DNA of 25,017 bases from Deferrisomatales bacterium (GTDB taxonomy: Bacteria > Desulfobacterota > Deferrisomatia > Deferrisomatales > JACRMM01): NCBI GenBank assembly GCA_033551855.1, contig JAWSUI010000052.1, positions 1 to 25,017 of the forward strand, written 5' to 3'. Numbering within the stretch: position 1 is the stretch's first letter; every line of letters begins with the position of its first letter. Made by a program: the position numbers and the translations under genes. A model generated the notes under the pieces. That model saw nothing but the letters and a program-made list of their open reading frames with translations. It was not told the DNA's origin and made no database searches. Shown piece by piece: positions 7,887 through 16,874 of this stretch.

Positions 7887-8888
7887 CTACCCCCCGCCGC
7901 CCGCAAGCGCGGGAAAAAGGACCCGGTAGATCCGGATGCCCGCCGGCCCCAGCAGCACGATGAGAATCGAGGGAAAGATGAAGACCGCCAGGGGGAAGAT
8001 CATCTTGACCGCCAGGGTCGCGGCGCGCTCCTCGGCGGACTGGCGCCGCTTGATCCGCATCTCCTCGGCGTGGACCCGCAGGGTCTGGGCGATGCTCGTC
8101 CCGAACCGGCTCGCCTGGGCCAGCACCGCCAGCAGGCTGTTGACCTCGGGCACGCCGGTCCGCAGGGCCATGTTCTTGAAGCTCTCCTCCCTGGGCTTCC
8201 CGGCCTGGATCTCCAGGTTCGTCAGGAAGAGCTCGTCGCTCAGATCCGGGCAGACGGGCCGGATCTCCTCTCCCACCTTCTTGAGGATCAGGTCGAGCCC
8301 GAGCCCGGCCTCCGCGCACACGACCATCAGGTCGAGGGCGTCGGGCAGCCCCCGGCCGATGCGGGCCCTCCGTTGCCCGGCCAGAAACCGCAGACCCCAG
8401 AGGGGCAGGTAGTAGCCCGCCGCGGCGAGCGCGAGGCCGACAAAGAGCATCTGGGGGCTCAGGCGGTACGCGAAGGCGGCGACGAGGTACGCGAACAGGG
8501 ACACCCCGGCGCACAGCCCCCGCAGGGCCAGGAAGCTCCGGTAAGCGCGCTGGGAGCGGAACCCCGCCTGGAAGAGCAGCGTGCGCACCTCGCGCCGGCC
8601 CACCTCCCCGGAGGGCTCCGCCACCGCCTGGAGCGGCGCCGTGACCCGGGCGACGAACCCGCCCTGCCCGCCCGGCTCGGGCAGGAGGCGCGACCGGGAC
8701 TCCGGGGCGGCAACCCCGCCCTCGGGCCGCACGAACCGCTCGAACCGGGCCCGAAAAACCCTCCTCCGAGCCCAGAGAAACGTCAGTGCGCCCACCGCGA
8801 GGGCCACGGAGGCAAACACGGCCGCAAGGACCAGGACGTAGTCCGCGTTCTCCAGCAGCCGGTAGAGCTCGTTCAGGAATCTGACCAT
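7887..8888 (-). CDS. tadC: Tad pilus inner-membrane platform protein TadC (T2SS F family)
   Basis: LPDALDLMVVCAEAGLGL, QASRFGTSIAQTLR and AEERAATLAVKMIFPL motifs; follows tadB. Confidence 0.93.
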   Translation of the reverse strand: MVRFLNELYRLLENADYVLVLAAVFASVALAVGALTFLWARRRVFRARFERFVRPEGGVAAPESRSRLLPEPGGQGGFVARVTAPLQAVAEPSGEVGRREVRTLLFQAGFRSQRAYRSFLALRGLCAGVSLFAYLVAAFAYRLSPQMLFVGLALAAAGYYLPLWGLRFLAGQRRARIGRGLPDALDLMVVCAEAGLGLDLILKKVGEEIRPVCPDLSDELFLTNLEIQAGKPREESFKNMALRTGVPEVNSLLAVLAQASRFGTSIAQTLRVHAEEMRIKRRQSAEERAATLAVKMIFPLAVFIFPSILIVLLGPAGIRIYRVLFPALAGGGG

Positions 8889-8895
8889 GGCACCC

Positions 8896-9876
8896 CTAGA
8901 GATCCAAGCGGGCCATCCGCGTCATGATCGCGTACCCGACCACCATCCCCACGAGCCCGGCCGCGACCATGACCTTGCCGATCTCGTCGGTCCACAGGAG
9001 CGAGATGTACTCGAAATTGATCACGTAGATGTACAGGAACAGGCCGATGGGCAGGAGGAGGAGCACCACGGCCGAGAAGCGCCCCTCGGCGGTGAGGGCC
9101 CGCACCTGCCGGCGGAACTGGAGCCGCTGCCGGATGATCTGGCTGATCTTCGAGAAGACCTCTGTGATGTTCCCGCCGGCCTCCTTGTGGAGCGTCACCG
9201 CGATGGAGAAGAACCGCAGGTCGTCCACCGACGTCCGGCGGCAGAGGTTCTCCAGGGCGTCCGGAACCGAGAGGCCGAACTTGATCTGGTCCACCGCGGC
9301 CGCGAGCTCGGGGGCGACCGGCTCCCCCAGCTCCTGGCCCGCCATCTCCAGGGCCGAGGTGAAGGCGTGGCCCGAGCGCATGGCCCGCACCACGAAGTCC
9401 AGGGCCTCCGGGAGCTGCTCCTCGAAGGCCTTCACGAACTGCGCGTCCGCCCGGACCAGCAGGAGGTAGGGCACCGCCCCCAGGAGGGCGCCGACGACGG
9501 ACCCCAGGGGCGGCTGCACCGGGAGGAGCGCCCCCAGGAAACCGCCGCCCGCCGCGAGGCCCAGGGAGAGCAGGAGGAACGTGCTCGCGTTCAGGGGAAA
9601 CCCGGAGCGCAGGAGCAGGCGGTCCAGGCGCCCGCTCCGGGGGAGCCGGTACAGCAGTTTGCCGAGGGGCCCGGCGTTTCGCAGGGCCTCGTCCTTGTAT
9701 AGGACAAACTTCTCCTCCCCGTGCATCCCCCCGGCCGAGAGGTACATCAGTCGCCGCCGGACGAGCCGCTTCTCCGAGAACCGGCTCTCGACGAGCCACA
9801 GATACCCGGCACCCACGGCGCCGGCCGTGAAGAGGAACACCGCCAAATAAAAGAGAAGGACAGCCCCTCCGGACAT
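8896..9876 (-). CDS. tadB: Tad pilus inner-membrane platform protein TadB
   Basis: FEEQLPEALDFVVRAMRSGH, GGNITEVF and VRALTAEGRFSA motifs. Confidence 0.93.
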   Translation of the reverse strand: MSGGAVLLFYLAVFLFTAGAVGAGYLWLVESRFSEKRLVRRRLMYLSAGGMHGEEKFVLYKDEALRNAGPLGKLLYRLPRSGRLDRLLLRSGFPLNASTFLLLSLGLAAGGGFLGALLPVQPPLGSVVGALLGAVPYLLLVRADAQFVKAFEEQLPEALDFVVRAMRSGHAFTSALEMAGQELGEPVAPELAAAVDQIKFGLSVPDALENLCRRTSVDDLRFFSIAVTLHKEAGGNITEVFSKISQIIRQRLQFRRQVRALTAEGRFSAVVLLLLPIGLFLYIYVINFEYISLLWTDEIGKVMVAAGLVGMVVGYAIMTRMARLDL

Positions 9877-9909
9877 CCTGTGCTCCTATGAGATCAAGTT
9901 CGGCAATTC

Positions 9910-10122
9910 ATGTGCGAAGTTCCATGTTTCAAGTTCTATGTTCTATGTTCGATGTTCGATGTTGAAACCCATCACATGCCGCATGCCCAAAAACCGGATC
10001 TGCTCCGCCACTTTAGGCCTCGCCACACTTCCAACACGGCCATCACGCCGCCGTCAACATCGAACGTCAAACAGCCCCCGCCTTCGAACATCGCACATCG
10101 AACTGCCCCTAACATCGAACTC
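9910..10122. repeat. Inverted heptamer arrays (ATGTTCG)n / (CGAACAT)n between cpaF and tadB
   Basis: Eight in-register degenerate units at 9910-9965; complementary units at 10054-10074 and 10085-10122. Confidence 0.85.
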
Positions 10123-10126
10123 CGCC

Positions 10127-11497
10127 TCACTCGTAGACGCGATTGGCGGCGAAGAGGTCCGCCGGGATCGGGATGCCGGCGAGCTCGAGCTTGTCGCAGA
10201 ACTTGGGGCGGATGCCGGTGGCCCGGAAGTGGCCGCGGACCTTTCCGGCCGGGTCGATCCCCTTCTTCTCGAAGGTGAAGATCTCCTGGAGGGTGATCAC
10301 GTCCCCCTCCATGCCCACCACCTCGCTCACCGAGGTGACCTTCCGCGTACCGTCCGTGAGGCGGGCCACCTGGAGGATGATGTCCAGGGCGGAGGCGATC
10401 ATGAACCGCATCGCATTCTGGGGCAGCTCGAAGCCGGTCATGAGGATCATGGACTCGAGGCGGATCAGGGAATCCCGGGGGGTGTTGGCGTGGATCGTTC
10501 CCAGGGACCCCTCGTGGCCCGTGTTCATGGCCTGGAGCATGTCGAAGGCCTCGGCGCCGCGAACCTCGCCCAGGACGATCCGGTCGGGCCGCATCCGCAG
10601 GCTGTTGCGCACCAGGTCGCGCTGGGCGACCATCCCGACGCCCTCGATGTTCGGGGGCCGGGTCTCGAGGCGCACCACGTGGGGCTGCTGGAGCTGGAGC
10701 TCCGCCGAGTCCTCGATGGTCACGATCCGCTCCTGGGCGGGGATGAACCCCGAGAGGACGTTGAGGAGCGTGGTCTTTCCGGCGCCGGTGCCGCCGGAGA
10801 TGAGGGTGTTGAGCTTCGCCTTCACGCACCCGGCCAAGAACTCGGCGATCTGGGGGGTCAGGGTCTTGAACCCGACGAGGTCCTTGACCTCGAGCGGGCT
10901 CACGGAGAACCGCCGAATCGAGAGGACGGGGCCGTCGATGGCCAGGGGCGGGATGATCACGTTCACCCGGGAGCCGTCCGGGAGCCGGGCGTCCACCATG
11001 GGCGACGACTCGTCCACCCGCCGCCCGACCCGCGAGACGATCCGGTCGATCACGTTCATCAGGTGCTTGTCGTCCCGAAACCGCGCCCCGGTCTTCTCCA
11101 GCAGCCCGAAGCGCTCCACGTACACGTTCCGGTACGTGTTGCACAGGATGTCGGAGACCGTGGGGTCCTTCAGGAAGGGCTCCAGGGGTCCGTACCCCTT
11201 GAGCTCATCGACGATCTCGCCGACCAGGGCGGCGGTCTCCTCCCGGTTGAGCAGGACCCGGTCCTCGTCCAGGAGGCGGACCACGAGGTCGGCGATCTCG
11301 GGTTCCACCTGCTGCACGCTCATGGCGTCGAGGGCCGGCAGGTGGATCTCCTCCACGATGCGGGCGTGGATCTTGTGCTTGATGTCGTAGAAGAAATCGT
11401 CCCGCTTCCGCTGAAACGGCCCGGGGGCCGTGGGCCGGGGCACCTGCGGCATCGCCTCCTCCGGATTCTTCTTTGCAAACATCGCTCGTAGCGCCAC
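10127..11497 (-). CDS. cpaF: Tad pilus assembly ATPase CpaF/TadA
   Basis: [36 protein letters not shown], Walker [24 protein letters not shown] and AMNTGH. GTG at 11497 follows a GGAGG RBS; the start position is uncertain. Confidence 0.95.
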   Translation of the reverse strand: MALRAMFAKKNPEEAMPQVPRPTAPGPFQRKRDDFFYDIKHKIHARIVEEIHLPALDAMSVQQVEPEIADLVVRLLDEDRVLLNREETAALVGEIVDELKGYGPLEPFLKDPTVSDILCNTYRNVYVERFGLLEKTGARFRDDKHLMNVIDRIVSRVGRRVDESSPMVDARLPDGSRVNVIIPPLAIDGPVLSIRRFSVSPLEVKDLVGFKTLTPQIAEFLAGCVKAKLNTLISGGTGAGKTTLLNVLSGFIPAQERIVTIEDSAELQLQQPHVVRLETRPPNIEGVGMVAQRDLVRNSLRMRPDRIVLGEVRGAEAFDMLQAMNTGHEGSLGTIHANTPRDSLIRLESMILMTGFELPQNAMRFMIASALDIILQVARLTDGTRKVTSVSEVVGMEGDVITLQEIFTFEKKGIDPAGKVRGHFRATGIRPKFCDKLELAGIPIPADLFAANRVYE

Positions 11498-11513
11498 AGC
11501 AGCCTCCAATCGC

Positions 11514-11659
11514 TTGTCCGTCGTACGTTGTCCGTTGCCCGTTGTCCGCTTTCCGTTGCGGGTCTGCCAGGGGAAGCCCTCAGTCCTCAGTCCTCAGTCC
11601 CCCGTCCTCCGGCCCCCCAGTCCCCAGTCCCCAGTCCCCAGTCCCCGGTCCTCCGCCCT
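11514..11659. repeat. Heptamer tandem arrays (TTGTCCG)n and (CAGTCCY)n between cpaE and cpaF
   Basis: About six TTGTCCG-like units at 11514-11555 and about eleven CAGTCCC/CAGTCCT-like units at 11581-11659, four of them perfect CAGTCCC in a row. Confidence 0.88.
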
Positions 11660-12834
11660 TACACCGCCCTCCCCAGGAAACCCTTCACACCCCGGTAGCC
11701 GCTCTTGGCTTCCGACTGCGCCGCGAGCCGCTCCACGAACTCCCGGATGCTCCGCCCGAAGAGGGAACCCGGCTTGCCCTGGACCAGCGGAACCCCCTGA
11801 TTGATGGAGTGGATGACGTCGCCGAAATCGTTGGGGAAGAGCCAGAAGAGCCTGCGGCCGAGGGTCTTCTCGATCTCGCTCACCGAGGGCACCCCGCCCT
11901 TGATGTAGCGGTTCGCCACGACCTCGATCCTTCGCGGAGGAATCTTCAGGCGCTGGATGAGCTGGACCAGCCGGGAGGCGTTCCGCACCCCCGGCACGGA
12001 GAGGTCCGTCACCACGAAGATGCGGTCCGACGCGTGAAAGGCCTCCACCGAGCCCTCGTCCACCTGCATGGACTTGCAGTCCACGATCACGTGGTCGTAG
12101 AGGCTCTTGGCGACCTCGAGGATCTTCCCCACGTGGTGCCCGTGGACCCTCTCCCCCTCCTCGGGCTCCGCCGGGGCCCCCAGGAAGTGGAGCCCGGTCG
12201 AGTGCTTGACCATCGCGCCCCGGAGGAAGGCGAAGTCGAGGCGGTTGAAGTGGCGGCAAAGGTCCCCGATGGTGGTCTGGGGCACCAGGTCGAGGAGGAC
12301 CCCGCTGTCCCCGGCGTGGAGGGTGTTGTCGATCAGGGCCACGGTCCCCTCGCCCCGCACCGCGAGGGCCGTGGCGGCGTTCACCGCGATCACCGTGGCC
12401 CCGAGCCCCCCCTTGGCGCTCACGAAGCTGTAGACCTTCCCCTGGGCCGTCCCCAACACCCCCGCGAGGCTCTCGCGCACCTTCTCGACGGCCTGCTGGA
12501 GCCGCTCTGCGCTCACGGGCTCCAGGAAGTACTCCACAGCGCCGGCCTTCATCACCTCGACGATGTGCTCGGGCCGCTGCTCGGGCGACACCACGAAGAT
12601 CGCAGCCGCCGGAAGCTGGTTCCGCACGTTCCCCATACGCTCCAGCACGTCCCCCTGCTCCGGCACGTCCTGGAGGATGACCACGTCGGCCGGCCCGGGA
12701 GGTGCGGACCCGTTCGTGGAGTTGCCCACGACCTGCAAGCCGGGCATCCGGGCGAGATCGCTCCCGATCTGCCGGGCGACGCTCTTGTCGGGAATGTTCA
12801 GCGCGATGCGAATGTCCTGGGGCATGGGGCTCAT
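11659..12834 (-). CDS. cpaE: CpaE/TadZ pilus localisation protein (receiver-like domain + MinD/ParA-like domain)
   Basis: N-terminal receiver-like region (EVMKAGAVEYFLEP), deviant Walker A SAKGGLGATVIA, YDHVIVD and VVANRY; lies upstream of cpaF. Confidence 0.88.
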   Translation of the reverse strand: MSPMPQDIRIALNIPDKSVARQIGSDLARMPGLQVVGNSTNGSAPPGPADVVILQDVPEQGDVLERMGNVRNQLPAAAIFVVSPEQRPEHIVEVMKAGAVEYFLEPVSAERLQQAVEKVRESLAGVLGTAQGKVYSFVSAKGGLGATVIAVNAATALAVRGEGTVALIDNTLHAGDSGVLLDLVPQTTIGDLCRHFNRLDFAFLRGAMVKHSTGLHFLGAPAEPEEGERVHGHHVGKILEVAKSLYDHVIVDCKSMQVDEGSVEAFHASDRIFVVTDLSVPGVRNASRLVQLIQRLKIPPRRIEVVANRYIKGGVPSVSEIEKTLGRRLFWLFPNDFGDVIHSINQGVPLVQGKPGSLFGRSIREFVERLAAQSEAKSGYRGVKGFLGRAV

Positions 12835-12865
12835 CTTCCGTTCTGGGGTCAATTCGGCCGGCGCG

Positions 12866-14230
12866 TCATCGCACAAGCACGGGGATGCGGGCCAGCACGC
12901 CGAAGTTCGCCCCGCCTGTGTTCCCCGCCGGCTCGTGGACCTCGCAGCTGGGGAGGAAGTACATCGTCTTCTGGAGGTCGCTGGCACTCAAGGTCCCCAC
13001 CGAGACGTCGTTGTAGGTCCGAAGCCCGAACGCGTCGGCAAACTCGCCCCAGCACTCCTGCCGCTCGGCGCTCGTGAGGGCGTTGATGTCCTCCGGGCTG
13101 CCCAGAGCCTTCCAACTGGAGCACACCCAACTCGTTCCCCCCGCGCTCATCTGGAGCGGGATGTCGGTCCACTGGGGATCGGCACCGGACTGTTTGATCC
13201 AGACGATGTCCAGGGTCACGGCGCCCACCACCTCGGAGCAGGTTCCCGGGTTGTTCCCCGGGCAGTCGATCACCGGAAGGGTCAGACCCCAAGGCTGCGT
13301 GGGATACCCTCGCCAGTCCTTGCTCACGTCAGCCCCAAGCCAGCAGTCGCGCAGGTCACGGTAGACGTTGTCCTGCATCCCTCCCTGGGTTCCGATCCCG
13401 TCGCCCATGGCGATCGACTCCAGGTTCCCCGCGGAGCAGACCAGGGGCCGGACCGACTGCGCCGAGGCCGTCTGGCATGGCTGGGAGAAGTTCGTCCACG
13501 CCCCGGTGTTGTGGGTCGTCCCTCCCCCGCTGTTGATCATCCGCCCCGTGGAACAGTTGTAGTTGCCGTCCCCGTCGACGAGGGCCTGCTTGCAGATGGC
13601 GATGGGCTGGTCGGCCTCGCCGGGCCCGAGACTGCCGGCGAACCCGATGTACCCTACCGCCTCGGCCGTGAGCGCGAAGCTCTGGAAACCGAAGATCCGG
13701 GAGAAGAAGGCGGCGGCGGGGGCGTTCTCCCTCCGCGTCACCACTCGGATGGCGTTGATGAACTCGGAGGCCCCGTCCAGATCCTCGTCGGAGACTCCCC
13801 AAAGCTCCACCGGCAGCAGGGAATCGTTCGGCGTGAACGTGCGCGTAGCGAAAGTCCAGTGCCCCCGCTGGACGTCTCCCTCGTTTCCGTCACCGACATC
13901 CGGGCTCCAGTGGACCTCCACGGGTTCCGCGCCGGCGGCGGCCAGGGCGTTGTTGGCCGTCGCCGCGTCGAAAGCGATCTGGTTCGCCCCCGGGTTCACG
14001 GAGGTCCCCTCTTCGTTGTACAGAAAACGCGCACCGGCGAGGGCCCCGGCGTCCGCCGCGTTCTGGAGCTCGTTGCGGACCACGTAGAGGTACCCGAGGT
14101 CCACGGCCAGGGCGGCCATGCCGATGAAGACGACCAGCAGGATCGCCACCAGGACCAGCACGGCCCCCTTCTCCTTGGGCCTCCCCTGGTGCTCTCTGAA
14201 CTGCGCCATGACGTCGCTCCCCATCGTCAT
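12866..14230 (-). CDS. tadG: TadG-like pseudopilin / putative tip adhesin with Cys-rich C-terminal domain
   Basis: EKG|AVLVLVAILLVVFIGMAALAVDLG...ELQNAADAGALAGA Tad N-terminal motif; start overlaps the tadE stop. Confidence 0.85.
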   Translation of the reverse strand: MTMGSDVMAQFREHQGRPKEKGAVLVLVAILLVVFIGMAALAVDLGYLYVVRNELQNAADAGALAGARFLYNEEGTSVNPGANQIAFDAATANNALAAAGAEPVEVHWSPDVGDGNEGDVQRGHWTFATRTFTPNDSLLPVELWGVSDEDLDGASEFINAIRVVTRRENAPAAAFFSRIFGFQSFALTAEAVGYIGFAGSLGPGEADQPIAICKQALVDGDGNYNCSTGRMINSGGGTTHNTGAWTNFSQPCQTASAQSVRPLVCSAGNLESIAMGDGIGTQGGMQDNVYRDLRDCWLGADVSKDWRGYPTQPWGLTLPVIDCPGNNPGTCSEVVGAVTLDIVWIKQSGADPQWTDIPLQMSAGGTSWVCSSWKALGSPEDINALTSAERQECWGEFADAFGLRTYNDVSVGTLSASDLQKTMYFLPSCEVHEPAGNTGGANFGVLARIPVLVR

Positions 14231-14676
14231 TCCGCCCGCATCACCGTAACGGCAGTCAGGTTCACGGTGCCGAAGATGTCCGTCACGAGGTTCGGGATCA
14301 CCAGGAAGCTGTAGGGGTAGACCACGGTCACCGTAAGGGGATCTCCCGCCGCAAGAGTGGTCGGAGCCGGGTTCACCGTCACCGCCACCGACGCCGGCCC
14401 CCCGAAGGTGACCAGGAAGTCCGCGCAGTAGTCCTCCACCACGTCCCGGATCTGGTTCGGGTCCTCACCCGTCCTCGCCGGGGACTGGAACACGATCCCT
14501 GCCCGCGCGCCCTCCCGGCTCGCGTTCGTGATCATGGCCCGGTTGTAGAGCAGGAAGCCGAACTCGATGATCCCGAAGACGAGGACGAGGAGCAGCGGCA
14601 GGACGATCGCGAACTCGACCATCGCTGCGCCCTTCTGTCCTCGTCTCTTCGCGGCTCGGCCCATGGCTTTCCTCAT
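14227..14676 (-). CDS. tadE: TadE-family minor pilin
   Basis: QKG|AAMVEFAIVLPLLLVLVFGIIEFG and ASREGARAG motifs. Confidence 0.92.
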   Translation of the reverse strand: MRKAMGRAAKRRGQKGAAMVEFAIVLPLLLVLVFGIIEFGFLLYNRAMITNASREGARAGIVFQSPARTGEDPNQIRDVVEDYCADFLVTFGGPASVAVTVNPAPTTLAAGDPLTVTVVYPYSFLVIPNLVTDIFGTVNLTAVTVMRAE

Positions 14677-14767
14677 CGGTTTCTAGGACCCCGGGCTTGA
14701 CTGCGTCACCCCGAGTCCAACTCCCACCCCTTCACGTTTACCGCCCCCCAACCCCATCCCCCTCCCA

Positions 14768-14927
14768 GCCTCCCCCTTCGCCCCATTCTCCCTCCCCTTC
14801 AAGGGGAGGGTTGGGGTGGGGATGGGTCTGGAGGTTTGGGGTGCCTCCCCCTTCGCCCCATTCTCCCTCCCCTTCAAGGGGAGGGTTGGGGTGGGGATGG
14901 GTCTGGAGGTTTGGGATGCCTCCCCTT
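14768..14927. repeat. 75-bp tandem duplication, each unit carrying a type A TTCAA palindrome (14790-14826, 14865-14901)
   Basis: Units start at 14768, 14843 and (partial) 14918; the two full units are nearly identical. Confidence 0.92.
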
Positions 14928-15220
14928 TACTCCCCCAACACCCCAAGGGTCATCACCGGTGCCTGGGCGGGCTTTTCGGAGAAGGTCTGGTTGTGCACCC
15001 CCATCACACCTTCGGCGTTGACCCCTTCCAGGCCCTCGGGGGTCCGGTCGGCATAACGGTAGTCCGGGTAGGCGACCTGGAGGTCCCAGGAGTGCTGCTG
15101 GGCCTGGCCGTACTCCTGGTCCACGTAGTAAGCCTGGTGAAAGGCGGGGTGATCCACGTGGGCGCAGCCTGCCCCAACCAGGAAGGCGGCGGCCGCGACA
15201 CAGAGCATCAGTTTCCTCAT
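14927..15220 (-). CDS. Small lipoprotein downstream of the secretin (possible pilotin/secretin accessory)
   Basis: GAGGAG RBS and lipobox-type signal MRKLMLCVAAAAFLVGAG-C; directly after cpaC. Function inferred from position only. Confidence 0.72.
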   Translation of the reverse strand: MRKLMLCVAAAAFLVGAGCAHVDHPAFHQAYYVDQEYGQAQQHSWDLQVAYPDYRYADRTPEGLEGVNAEGVMGVHNQTFSEKPAQAPVMTLGVLGE

Positions 15221-15239
15221 GGCGGTGCTCCTCCCTCTT

Positions 15240-16805
15240 CTATTGGGGCTGCCGGTGCCCGAAGTCGCCCTCGAGACCGCCCGCCTTGGTCTGCGGAACC
15301 TGCTGGAAGCGGTGGCTGCTCAGGCCCGACACCGGCTCGGCCGACCGCTCGCCCTCGAGCCTCCCCTCCAGGTAGAACTCGAACCAGTCCGGGGGCCGCA
15401 GGTTCTCCCCGGGGAAGCGGAGTGCGCCCTCGCGGTTCGGCTTGACGATGTGGGGGGTGACCGCGATCAGGAGGTCGGTCTTCTCCTGGCGGTACGACTG
15501 GCTCCGGAAGAGGGAACCCAGGATCGGGATGTCCCCGAGGCCCGGCACCTTCCGCAGCTCCTGGCGCAGGTTGTCCTGCAACAGGCCCGCCAGGGCCAGG
15601 GTCTGCCCGTCGTAGAGCTGCACGGTGGTCTCGAGTCGCCGGGTGCTGAGGTTCGGCACGATGAAGTTGGCACCCAGGATCCCGGCCGGGATGGTGCTCG
15701 CGGAGGCGATGTCGCTGACCGTGGGGGCGACCCGCAGGCTGATCTTCCCGTCCTTGAGCACGATCGGCGTGAAGCGCAGCGCCACGCCGAAGTCCTTCCA
15801 CTCTATGGTGATCTGGTTGTTGTCCTGGGCAACCGGGACAGGGAACTCGCCCCCGGCGAGGAAGCTCGCCTCCTGGCCGCTCTGGGTGACGAGCCGCGGC
15901 TCGGCGAGCGTGCGGGCCAGCCCCTCGCGCTCCAGGAGCTGCAGGGCCGCCGTGAAGTTCCCGATGTTCACGAAGATGTTCGCGGCGTTCCCCGCGAAGT
16001 TGAGCAGAAGCGAGCCGGAGCCCTGGACCAGTGCGTTGGTGTCGAAATCTTGCAGGATTCCACGGGTCCCATCCGTGAGCCTTGCCGGCACACCCCTGAC
16101 CGTTACCGGGTCCAGGGCGTTGCCGGGACCCACCCTCCCCGTCACGGACCCGCTCAGGCCCCGGAACCCGACCCCAAGCTGAGACTCCTTGCCGGAATCC
16201 CTCACCACCTCGGCGAACTTGACCTCCAGCATGACCTGCTGGATGCCTCCCACCCGCAGGAGGTTCGTGATGCCGCTGCCGGATGTCCCGGTGCCGTCCT
16301 TGCCCTTGTCGGCCTCCTGCGCGATCTGTGGCAGGTAGGTCCGGGTCAGGCGAAGTACCTGCTCCACCACCTCAGGGCCGGAGACCGTGCCGGCGAGCAC
16401 CACCCCGGTCTCGGAGGCGTAGACCTCGATCTCCTCGTCCGGGAAGAGCTGGTGGAGCTTCTCCTTGAGGGCGGTCAGATCCAGGGCGACCACCACGTCG
16501 AGGAGGGTGCGGCCCCCGTTGCTGCCCTCGTTGCCCTCCTCCCAGAGGATGACGCTGGTGTACCCCACCTTCTTGCCGTAGACGTAGAGCTCGCGGGGCG
16601 AGAGGACGACCACGTCCGCGATCTCCGCGGCGGCGATGGAGGCCCGCCGCACCGGGTACGGCATCTGGAGGACCTCGGCTCCCCCCACCTTGAGCTCCAG
16701 GGTCCGCCGCGGCACGTCGGCCGCCTCGGCGAGAGCCCCGAGGAGGAGCACGGCCCCCAGGGCCAGAGCGCTGCCCGCCACCTTGAGACACCGGCATCTC
16801 TTCAT
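15240..16805 (-). CDS. cpaC: Tad pilus secretin CpaC/RcpA
   Basis: Signal peptide, QQVMLEVKFAEV, LAEPRLVTQSGQEASFLAGGEFPVP, KVPGLGDIPILGSLFRS and LLIAVTPHIVKP. Confidence 0.94.
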   Translation of the reverse strand: MKRCRCLKVAGSALALGAVLLLGALAEAADVPRRTLELKVGGAEVLQMPYPVRRASIAAAEIADVVVLSPRELYVYGKKVGYTSVILWEEGNEGSNGGRTLLDVVVALDLTALKEKLHQLFPDEEIEVYASETGVVLAGTVSGPEVVEQVLRLTRTYLPQIAQEADKGKDGTGTSGSGITNLLRVGGIQQVMLEVKFAEVVRDSGKESQLGVGFRGLSGSVTGRVGPGNALDPVTVRGVPARLTDGTRGILQDFDTNALVQGSGSLLLNFAGNAANIFVNIGNFTAALQLLEREGLARTLAEPRLVTQSGQEASFLAGGEFPVPVAQDNNQITIEWKDFGVALRFTPIVLKDGKISLRVAPTVSDIASASTIPAGILGANFIVPNLSTRRLETTVQLYDGQTLALAGLLQDNLRQELRKVPGLGDIPILGSLFRSQSYRQEKTDLLIAVTPHIVKPNREGALRFPGENLRPPDWFEFYLEGRLEGERSAEPVSGLSSHRFQQVPQTKAGGLEGDFGHRQPQ

Positions 16806-16874
16806 TGCGACGTCCTCACTGGAAAGACAATGGAACGAAAAAGGGGAAACGGACGTACATTCATTAACAGGTCC

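Noticed and set aside
7885..8514. N-terminal extension of the TPR ORF
   Set aside because: It overlaps tadC in another frame; the lipoprotein signal indicates a start near 7884.
14768..14927. Possible CRISPR array (37-bp palindromic repeat at 75-bp period)
   Set aside because: The intervening sequences are near-identical rather than unique spacers, there are only two units, the repeat is dispersed across the window, and no cas genes are present.
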